A DNA stretch of 64,000 bases from Henriciella sp. (GTDB lineage Bacteria > Pseudomonadota > Alphaproteobacteria > Caulobacterales > Hyphomonadaceae): the NCBI GenBank assembly GCA_965661195.1, contig CBFICP010000003.1, forward strand, positions 27,526 through 91,525, in the 5' to 3' direction. A program made the translations under genes and the position numbers. A model generated the notes under the pieces. That model had not been told where the DNA came from. It saw only the letters and a program-made list of their open reading frames with translations, and did not search any database. Positions within the stretch are counted from its first letter, which is position 1; every line of letters begins with the position of its first letter. Of the stretch, positions 29,777-37,856 are shown piece after piece.

Positions 29777-30586
29777 ATGTCTGCTACCGAGACCCGTTTT
29801 GGTCAGTTCGTTTGTGTTAAAATTGAGCAAAATATTGCGGTTCTGGCGCTCGATTGTGGTGACGGATATAATGCGATGTCACGAGCGGTCCTGTCAGAGC
29901 TTACCGATGCGGCAAACTGGTTGTCGACGGACACGACGAGTTCGGTCGTGATTTTGACCGGTGTCGGCGGGTTCTCGGCCGGGGCTGACCTCAAGGACCC
30001 CGACCGCGCAAATGACGCTGATCGCAGCCTGGTTGAAAAGCGCCAGCTGATGCGACTGGGGCCGGACATGTGCGATGCCTTTGAGCGGCTGGAACAAATA
30101 ACGATTTGTGCGATTGAACGGTTTTGTATCGGTGGCGGGGTTGCACTAGCGATTGCGTGTGATCATCGGATTATCGGACAAAGCGCTCATTTACGATTAC
30201 CCGAGATCCCGCTTGGCATGAATATGAGCTGGCATAGTAATCCGCGGACAGTGTCATTGATTGGCCCATCGCGTGCCAAACAATTTACAATTCTCGGAGA
30301 GAAGCTGCCGGCCGAGATCGCCTTGCAATGGGGACTTGTTGATCAATGCGTAAAAGATGGCGAGACCTTTGCCGCCGCGCAGGCATTGGCGGAGCGTTAT
30401 GCCGGAGTTCCTCCGCTTGCTTTGCGCATGACGAAACAGGCGATTAATGCGGCTGCACTTCCGCTTGGTCAGGCAACAAGTTTTATGGATCGCGACCAGT
30501 TCGCATTTGCCGCGACCAGCGCTGACCAATCCGAAGCGGTGCGGGCTTTTCTTGAAAAGAGGCCGGCAAAATTTACCGGTAACTAG
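29777..30586 (+). CDS. Enoyl-CoA hydratase/isomerase family protein
   Basis: Motifs GFSAGADLKD and AIERFCIGGGVALAIACDHRI. ATG 29777 has an AAGGAG SD; the track start is 29759. Confidence 0.85.
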   Translation: MSATETRFGQFVCVKIEQNIAVLALDCGDGYNAMSRAVLSELTDAANWLSTDTTSSVVILTGVGGFSAGADLKDPDRANDADRSLVEKRQLMRLGPDMCDAFERLEQITICAIERFCIGGGVALAIACDHRIIGQSAHLRLPEIPLGMNMSWHSNPRTVSLIGPSRAKQFTILGEKLPAEIALQWGLVDQCVKDGETFAAAQALAERYAGVPPLALRMTKQAINAAALPLGQATSFMDRDQFAFAATSADQSEAVRAFLEKRPAKFTGN

Positions 30587-30639
30587 ACAAGCACAGAGAC
30601 CGACCGGGCCGGGCTGGCTTCGTGCAATAGGTTTCCGCC

Positions 30640-32637
30640 CTAAATGTCGAGATCTTCGGCAAATTTGGCATTTTCATGAATGAACTGGAAGCGATGCTCG
30701 GGCCGTTTTCCCATAAGGGTTTCGATTAGCTCGGCTGGTCGGACTTCGGTTAGCTCGTCGATGCTGTCGGGAAGTGTGATCCGTGCAAGTGTCCGAGTTA
30801 ACGGGTCCATTGTTGTTTCTTTGAGCTGGCCGGGGTTCATTTCGCCTAGTCCCTTAAAGCGACCCATGTCGACCGACTGGTTGGCTTTGAACTCGCTCGC
30901 CAGTAATGCGTCCTTGTCGGCATCGTCCATTGCATAGACCGTTTTTCCTTTATGACTAAGACGGTACAGCGGTGGCATCGCCATATATAACCGGCCGCTT
31001 TCAATCAGGCCCGGTGTCATTTGATAGAAAAATGTTATCAGCAGAGCCGCGATATGGGCGCCATCGACATCGGCATCGGTCATTATGATGACTTTTTCAT
31101 ATCGGACATTGTCGAGATTGAACGCCGACTTAACGCCAGTGCCAAGCGCCAGCATAAGGTCAGATAATTCCTGGTTTTTATCGAGCTTTTCGGCTGTCGC
31201 GCTCGCCACATTAAGTATTTTGCCGCGCAATGGTAGGATCGCCTGCGTTTTTCGATTACGCGCCTGTTTCGCCGATCCGCCGGCCGAATCGCCTTCGACA
31301 ATAAATAACTCAGTATCTCCTTTGCTATCAGAGCAATCCGATAGCTTGCCGGGCAGGCGGAGCCTTTTTGTTGCCGATTTTCGGGCGATGTCTTTGGCTT
31401 TTCGCCGCTTGGCGCGTTCATCGGCGCGGTCAATTGCCCAGACGAGTAATTTGTCGGCTTCTTTCGGACTGGCTGTCAGCCAGTGATCGAACTGATCTCT
31501 GACGGCATTTTCGACAAGTCGCGTCGCGGCTGTCGTTGATAGCTTGTCCTTTGTTTGACCAACGAATTCTGGACTTCGAATAAAGACTGAGAGCAAAAGA
31601 CCAGAATATCCCATAATATCGTCTGCGGTGATCGTGCTGCCTTTTTTCTGGCCGATCAGGTCAGCATAGTTTCTCAGCCCTTTTGTAATTGCCGCGCGAA
31701 ACCCTGCTTCATGCGTGCCGCCATCAGGGGTGGGTATCGTGTTACAATATGACCGCGAAAAACCGTCGGTGTCGCCGAAACCGGCATTTGTCCAGCCAAT
31801 CGCCCATTCGACTTTACCGTCATCACTTTCGATCAGACCGCAAAAATTATGCTCCGTGATACCGGCCTTACCGCGAAATACTTCCTGCAGCTGATCCGCC
31901 AGACCGTTCGGATAGGACAGAGTCGTTTCGGCCGGAATCTTGCTATCATCCGGTAGCAGGGCAGGGTCGCACCGCCAGCGTACTTCTACGCCTCTGAAAA
32001 GATACGCCTTGGACCGCGTCATTTTAAACAGGCGGGCTGGCTTGAAACTGATTTTACTACCGAAAATATCGATATCAGGCTTGAAACGAACTGTTGTCCC
32101 GCGGCGGTTTGCTGTTGGACCTCGCAGTTCCAGAGGTGTTTCAACGGTTCCGCGCGAGAAGCGTTGATAATAAAGTTTTCGGTCTCTTGCGACTTCAACT
32201 TCTACCTGCTCGGACAGGGCGTTGACGACAGAGATACCAACCCCGTGCAGACCCCCCGCTGTTTCATAGGCTTTGTTTGAAAACTTCCCCCCGGAGTGAA
32301 GCGTTGTCATAATCACTTCAAGCGCTGACTTCCCCGGATATTTCGGATGTTCGCCAACCGGTATACCGCGCCCATTATCAGTCACGGCTACCGAGCCATC
32401 GGCGCGGACGTCAACTTCGATCCGGGAGGCATGGCCGGCGACGGCTTCGTCCATGGCATTATCGAGGACTTCGGCAAAAAGGTGATGATAGGCGCGCTCC
32501 TCAGTTCCGCCGATATACATGCCCGGTCTTTTCCGAACCGGCTCCAGCCCTTCGAGAACTTCAATATCCTGCGCAGTGTAACCGGCTGTCTCTTCCGTAA
32601 CCGTCTCAAAGAGTTGCGTTTGATTGCCTGACGCCAT
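30640..32637 (-). CDS. parE: DNA topoisomerase IV subunit B
   Basis: GHKL ATPase motifs EVLDNAMDE, DNGRGIPV and GLHGVG, plus Toprim motifs ELFIVEGDSAGGSAKQ and PLRGKILNV. At 665 aa it lacks the long GyrB-specific insertion. Confidence 0.88.
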   Translation of the reverse strand: MASGNQTQLFETVTEETAGYTAQDIEVLEGLEPVRKRPGMYIGGTEERAYHHLFAEVLDNAMDEAVAGHASRIEVDVRADGSVAVTDNGRGIPVGEHPKYPGKSALEVIMTTLHSGGKFSNKAYETAGGLHGVGISVVNALSEQVEVEVARDRKLYYQRFSRGTVETPLELRGPTANRRGTTVRFKPDIDIFGSKISFKPARLFKMTRSKAYLFRGVEVRWRCDPALLPDDSKIPAETTLSYPNGLADQLQEVFRGKAGITEHNFCGLIESDDGKVEWAIGWTNAGFGDTDGFSRSYCNTIPTPDGGTHEAGFRAAITKGLRNYADLIGQKKGSTITADDIMGYSGLLLSVFIRSPEFVGQTKDKLSTTAATRLVENAVRDQFDHWLTASPKEADKLLVWAIDRADERAKRRKAKDIARKSATKRLRLPGKLSDCSDSKGDTELFIVEGDSAGGSAKQARNRKTQAILPLRGKILNVASATAEKLDKNQELSDLMLALGTGVKSAFNLDNVRYEKVIIMTDADVDGAHIAALLITFFYQMTPGLIESGRLYMAMPPLYRLSHKGKTVYAMDDADKDALLASEFKANQSVDMGRFKGLGEMNPGQLKETTMDPLTRTLARITLPDSIDELTEVRPAELIETLMGKRPEHRFQFIHENAKFAEDLDI

Positions 32638-32710
32638 GCTCAGGATCTTCCTGTTATTGATAAAAGGATTTTACTTTATTTAGTATGAACTGATTCTAAA
32701 GGGTATCATC

Positions 32711-34012
32711 ATGGTGGCGACTATAAAATCGGCGTTTAAACTGCCTTCCGGTGTGGAATTGCCAAATCGACTGGTAAAGGCTGCGATGACTGAGCGGCTC
32801 GCCGATGTCCGAAACGGTGTCACTGACAGGCTGATAAACTTGTACAAGGCCTGGGCCGATGGCGAAATAGGTCTGCAAATCACCGGGAATGTGCAAGTTG
32901 ACCGACGCAATCTAGAGGCTGCCGGTAATGTCGTGATTGATGCTGTGCCGTCAAACCTGCAGCTTGATTTGCTGTCACGCTGGGCTGATGCGTGCCATGG
33001 TCGCGGTGGCAAAGTGTTCATGCAATTATCGCATGCCGGGCGACAGACGCCGAAAATGGTCAATCACACACCGGATGCGCCAAGCGCCGTTGCCGTCAAT
33101 CTGCCGGGAGGACAGTTTGGTCAGCCGAAAGCCTTAACCGAGGATGGTATCCGTCGCCTTATCGACCAGTTCGGTGTCGCCACGCGGGTTGCGCGCCAGG
33201 CCAGATTTGACGGCGTTCAGATCCACGGTGCCCACGGCTATCTAATCAGTCAGTTCTTGACGCCGTTGGTGAACCAGCGGACCGATCGATGGGGCGGGTC
33301 TATTGAGGGGCGGGCACGCTTTCTGATCGATGTGATCAAATCTGCAAAAGCCGAGGCCGGCCCGGGATTCGGTGTGGCATTAAAGCTCAACTCAGCGGAC
33401 TTCCAGAAGGGTGGCTTCGGGCCACAAGATAGTGTTGCCGTAATCGGTATGCTGAACGGGCTGGACCTCGACTTCCTCGAAATTTCAGGCGGTAGCTATG
33501 AACAGCCGAAAATGGTCGGTCTCAATGGTCTTGAACCGTCCCACGTCGAAACGCTGCGTCCATCGACGCGGGTCCGCGAAGCTTATTTTCTCGATTATGC
33601 TGCGGAAGTGCGTTCTGTTGCCAAAATGCCGTTAATGGTAACAGGCGGGATGCGTTCTGTTGCGGCGATGAATGAAGCCCTGACGGCAGACGAAACCGAT
33701 TTGATTGGCCTCGGCCGGCCGCTCTGCATTGATGCTGATGCGCCGGCAAAGCTGTTATCGGGTCAGGCTGACAGGCTCGATAAATGGGAAGACTCATTAC
33801 GTATCGGGCCCGGCTGGCTCGGGCCAAATTCGCCGATTGGCGTGATTAAAGCACTGAATGGATTTGCCATGCAGTCATGGTATTACAGCCAGATTCATGC
33901 GATCGCTGATAATCAGCCAGTAAATCGCAGGCTGGGGTTGCTTAGCGCTTTTACAAAAATGAACGGTCTCGATCTAAGAATGGCGAAAGCCTATTTAAAA
34001 GCGCTTGAATGA
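32711..34012 (+). CDS. NADH:flavin oxidoreductase (Old Yellow Enzyme family)
   Basis: Motifs FMQLSHAGRQ and DGVQIHGAHGYLISQFLTPLVNQRTDRWGGS. Confidence 0.85.
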   Translation: MVATIKSAFKLPSGVELPNRLVKAAMTERLADVRNGVTDRLINLYKAWADGEIGLQITGNVQVDRRNLEAAGNVVIDAVPSNLQLDLLSRWADACHGRGGKVFMQLSHAGRQTPKMVNHTPDAPSAVAVNLPGGQFGQPKALTEDGIRRLIDQFGVATRVARQARFDGVQIHGAHGYLISQFLTPLVNQRTDRWGGSIEGRARFLIDVIKSAKAEAGPGFGVALKLNSADFQKGGFGPQDSVAVIGMLNGLDLDFLEISGGSYEQPKMVGLNGLEPSHVETLRPSTRVREAYFLDYAAEVRSVAKMPLMVTGGMRSVAAMNEALTADETDLIGLGRPLCIDADAPAKLLSGQADRLDKWEDSLRIGPGWLGPNSPIGVIKALNGFAMQSWYYSQIHAIADNQPVNRRLGLLSAFTKMNGLDLRMAKAYLKALE

Positions 34013-34111
34013 CGGGTGTTTAGTCGGCCGAAGCGCGGTCGACTGCAGATCGCTCTGTCAGTTGTCTAACTGCATTAAAGGTGCACTTTATCCAGCCGTG
34101 CCGCGGCACAT

Positions 34112-35104
34112 CTAGCCCTGACACCAGGCTTCGTTCAGGAGGCGGTAGCTTGTTATCCGGTCTTGTAACGTTTCGGTAACGCTGAGGATAAACAATTCGT
34201 CGGCACCGCTATCTTCTGCCAGTTGCCGTAACTTGTCTGCGACGTCATTTGCCTCACCGATGATTCCTGCTCGTATTGTTGTCGCAGGCGTTTGATCAAG
34301 CTGATGGCGGGCTTGCGCGACCGGTAAGAACGGACCGCCTGCCCCGCGCGCTCTGGCCGCTGACCAGGCGAGCATTGTACTGGCGAGTGTTTCGGCCTGT
34401 GTTTTTGATTTTGCCGTCAGCGCCGTCAGTCCGATTGCTGCATAAGGCCTCTGCGCAAAAAGTGACGGGGTGAAGGCCTCGCGATATGCGCTCAGTGCGG
34501 CGGATGCCAGACCGGGATTAAGGAAATCCGCGAAAGCAAGTTTCAATCCCATAGCGCCAATAAAAGCCGCACTTGATGGCGATGAACATAATACCCAGAT
34601 GTCCGGTTTTGCAGCTTTGGGTCGGGAGCTGATGCCGCGTGCGCGGTGATCGGGCGGTAGCGGGACCTCATCACTGGCGTCGAGTACCCAGTCCAGCAAC
34701 ATTCTCAGCATTTGCGGAAAATTGTCTGCCCCCGGCCCGAGCAGCGCCGCCGAGGCGCGTGGATCGGCGCCGGTTGCACGTCCGAGACCAATCTCGATAC
34801 GTCCGGGATAGAGCGCGCTAAGCGTTGTACTAATTTCAGCAACTTTGAGGGGCGAATAATTTGGTAGCATGATTCCGCCAGACCCAAGCTGTAGCCGTTT
34901 GGTTCGTGAGGCGAGGTCGGCCATCATGATTTCCGGTGCCGTCCCGGCAAAGCTTTCAGTATTGTGGTGTTCCTGTACCCAGAAGGAACGATAGTCCATT
35001 TCGTCGGCTGCGAGGGCCAGTTCCCGCGTTCTGCTCAGGGCCTCCGCAGCGGAATGCTCGGAAACAATCGGCGAGGGATCTAGAATGGAAAGCTTGATAG
35101 ACAC
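34112..35104 (-). CDS. LLM-class (luciferase-like) flavin-dependent oxidoreductase
   Basis: Has LSILDPSPI, FWVQEHHN and GRIEIGLGRA, typical of the LLM family. GTG start. Confidence 0.82.
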   Translation of the reverse strand: MSIKLSILDPSPIVSEHSAAEALSRTRELALAADEMDYRSFWVQEHHNTESFAGTAPEIMMADLASRTKRLQLGSGGIMLPNYSPLKVAEISTTLSALYPGRIEIGLGRATGADPRASAALLGPGADNFPQMLRMLLDWVLDASDEVPLPPDHRARGISSRPKAAKPDIWVLCSSPSSAAFIGAMGLKLAFADFLNPGLASAALSAYREAFTPSLFAQRPYAAIGLTALTAKSKTQAETLASTMLAWSAARARGAGGPFLPVAQARHQLDQTPATTIRAGIIGEANDVADKLRQLAEDSGADELFILSVTETLQDRITSYRLLNEAWCQG

Positions 35105-35149
35105 GTGATCTTGTAAGCGGCTGCTTCGGGCTTTGGCAACTGTTTATGG

Positions 35150-37198
35150 TCATCGCCCGAATAGGGCGCCAATCGCAGTGTTCAGGATCGCCTCTTCCGG
35201 ACTTTCTGAGTCCGAGCCGGTCTCGCCATCCCTGGAGTCTGAACTGCGCCGGCTGAGAAGCGACTGAAGCTCGCTTGTTAGACGGTCGGCAGCTCTGTCC
35301 CTGAATTGGGTCTCGATAATGTCGAGGTCGGGTGAAATTTGCGGCGATGCCCAGTCTCCCCTAATCCGAACAGGTATTGGTGTGCCGCCGAGACCGAGGG
35401 ATATGTTCTGGTCGGCTTGCTGTCGTCTCAGGGTGGGTTGTAAACGGATGTCCAGACGTTCTGATTTCAGGTCGATCGACCCCGTGCCCGAGACGGACAG
35501 AGCTGGATTGACGAGGTACAGATTCGATATATGAGCTGTTCCGTTATCCAGTCGAAGCCGTGTCAGCAAGCTGGTGAAATCGTTCTCGCTGCCGCGTCCA
35601 ATCGCAGATGCGATCAAACTGCTATCAAGTGAGCCCGAACGAAGCGCAGTAATCAGATCATCACCGGTGTGCACTAGTTGGGTGATATTGATGCCGGAAA
35701 GTTTGCCATTTGCGAGTTTTGCTTTGGCGCTACCGTTCAAGCGACTTATAAGCCGGTCAAGTGAAGTACCGGATGCGTTAAGGTCCATCGAGAACTCGCC
35801 GGTTCCGCTAATTCCTCGATAATCCAGAAAGGCGCCGGCCAGCTGGTTGGCATTGATATTGCGTCCGCTGGCACGCAAATTGACTGTCGGGTTCGAGCGG
35901 GCCGCGTCAATGTAGAGCCGGCTTGTCCATTCGCCGCCAAATGCCCGAAAGCCGGTTGTATCAGCTTCGGTGCCGCTCATTAGGGTTAGTCGGCCATTAT
36001 CTAAAGTGCTTGCTAGCCGACCATTTGTCAGCCGGATCTGATCCAGCACAAGCAAATCAAAGCTAATCGCAAGCGCAGCATTGGCGAGAGCAAGGCTGTC
36101 AAAAGGAAGCGCAACGTCGCTCCAGGCTGAACTGCCAGAGCCTGCTGCTGCGGGCCCCGTCGAGTTGCCGAGGTAAGGCGTGAGGTCTAACTGGTTTAAA
36201 TGCAGATCTCCCCTTATCGTAGGCCGGTCGGTACGGAGATCAATATTCAGCGTGCCGGTGCCGCGGGTAGTGTCGAGGTCGAATAGCATGGAAGAGAATT
36301 CGAAATTTTCCGCTGATCCGCTTACGGTTGATAATAAGTTAAACGCTTGCGGTAGCGCGCTTGGCGGTTGTTCCATTGTGAGCGCGGCGGCGAGGACGTT
36401 CGGTTTCAAGCCGATTGATAGCTCACCATCTAGATATCCGAGTTCAGGTTCGTTTAATTTGCCGTCAAAAGTAATATTTGCGGGCACGCTTTGCAATCTC
36501 AGACTCAGCGCAGCGGGACGTCCGGTAATCAGTGCTGGAATTGGATCCAGCGACAGATCAATAGCGAAATCTATGCCTTGTAAGGTTCCACTTCCAATCA
36601 GGGAGAATGCTTCAAGCCCTGCTCTGAGCCTGGCATCCGCATTAAAGTTGGTGAGGCTGTAATCCAGACCATCAACGTGATCGATGTAGCGAATTTGGCA
36701 ATTAGACAAAGTCGCCCGGTTAATCGCTGCCGAACCGGTCTGAGCCGGCGAGCGCGAGCTGCCGGTATTGTCTGGGGTTTCGGTGTTATCGGGGGGCGTT
36801 GCGACGGTGGACGTCGGTGATGTCCAGTTCGTCTGTCCATTAGCAAGCCGTTCAAGATGAATACTGGCATCGCTGAGGCTGACTTCCGCCACTTCAACCC
36901 GTCGATCGATAAGCGGCCATAATTTTATTCTTGCTTTCGCGGTGCCGGTTTCGAGCAAGTATGGCGCGTTAAAGCCGTCCGGGTTGGCAACTTTAAGTCC
37001 GTCTACCGACACGGCAATTTCAGGGAATAGTGACAAACTCGTTTTGCCAGTTAACGTCACCGGGCGGTCGAGGGCTTGCGAGGCCGCTTTTTCGACCTGT
37101 TCTCTGTAAGTTCGCTCCGGGATCGAGATCACAACAAACATAAACGCCAATATGATCACGAATAAAAGCGAGACGAGTATAAGTAACAGCCTCACCAT
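35150..37198 (-). CDS. AsmA family protein
   Basis: N-terminal membrane anchor (LLLILVSLLFVIILAFMFVVI), a long beta-rich periplasmic region and a C-terminal GTPIPVRIRGDWASPQISPD segment, as in AsmA-like proteins. Confidence 0.78.
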   Translation of the reverse strand: MVRLLLILVSLLFVIILAFMFVVISIPERTYREQVEKAASQALDRPVTLTGKTSLSLFPEIAVSVDGLKVANPDGFNAPYLLETGTAKARIKLWPLIDRRVEVAEVSLSDASIHLERLANGQTNWTSPTSTVATPPDNTETPDNTGSSRSPAQTGSAAINRATLSNCQIRYIDHVDGLDYSLTNFNADARLRAGLEAFSLIGSGTLQGIDFAIDLSLDPIPALITGRPAALSLRLQSVPANITFDGKLNEPELGYLDGELSIGLKPNVLAAALTMEQPPSALPQAFNLLSTVSGSAENFEFSSMLFDLDTTRGTGTLNIDLRTDRPTIRGDLHLNQLDLTPYLGNSTGPAAAGSGSSAWSDVALPFDSLALANAALAISFDLLVLDQIRLTNGRLASTLDNGRLTLMSGTEADTTGFRAFGGEWTSRLYIDAARSNPTVNLRASGRNINANQLAGAFLDYRGISGTGEFSMDLNASGTSLDRLISRLNGSAKAKLANGKLSGINITQLVHTGDDLITALRSGSLDSSLIASAIGRGSENDFTSLLTRLRLDNGTAHISNLYLVNPALSVSGTGSIDLKSERLDIRLQPTLRRQQADQNISLGLGGTPIPVRIRGDWASPQISPDLDIIETQFRDRAADRLTSELQSLLSRRSSDSRDGETGSDSESPEEAILNTAIGALFGR

Positions 37199-37323
37199 GC
37201 TGAAAAATTCCTTTAAACAGCTATTTATGAAGCTTAACTGCAGATGGTAGCAAAGTCATGAAAATTGTTGCTTGACCATGCGGGCGGCGCTGTCTAAGGG
37301 ACGATTTCTCTCTTGTGAGAGTC

Positions 37324-37400
37324 GAAGAAATGCGCGGGTGTAGCTCAGTTGGTTAGAGTGCCGGCCTGTCACGCCGGAGGTCGCGGGTTCGAGTCCCGTC
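37324..37400 (+). tRNA. tRNA-Asp (anticodon GTC)
   Basis: 77 nt fold by hand into a cloverleaf. The acceptor stem is GCGGGTG/CACTCGC, the anticodon stem CCGGC/GCCGG, and the anticodon loop CTGTCAC. The T-arm has GGTTCGAGTCC and the 3' CCA is encoded. Confidence 0.95.
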
Positions 37401-37856
37401 ACTCGCGCCATTTCTTTAAAAATTAATATTCACGTAAATTAATGAGATTAAACGGAATGGTCGGTTCCGTCCGGCTTTCTCTGTCTAGATTGTCCGGAAA
37501 TTGTCGGTCATTTCGGGACCCAATTATGGACCAATGCTTAGCCGCATGAAACGCATTCAGTGCTGAAGGATAGGCTGCTAGCCCATATCAACGCCTTTGA
37601 TCAGCATCAGGCGGATATTGAGAAGGACTTTGCCTAGACATCCGCCACGCCGTCACATTTTGTGTGCGACTGGCTTACGTGGACCGAGCCTATTTCGTAT
37701 TGCGGGCTCTGTTTCAATAATGAAAGTGCAGGCGCGCCGGACACGGCAGTACGCGGGATTTTGGTGCCTATCATCCCGCCGCTGGCAACAAATGTTACAG
37801 TCGTTAACGGCTTTCAGTTTGATAGGCAGAATTGCGGTCTGGTATTCGCCTGGCGC

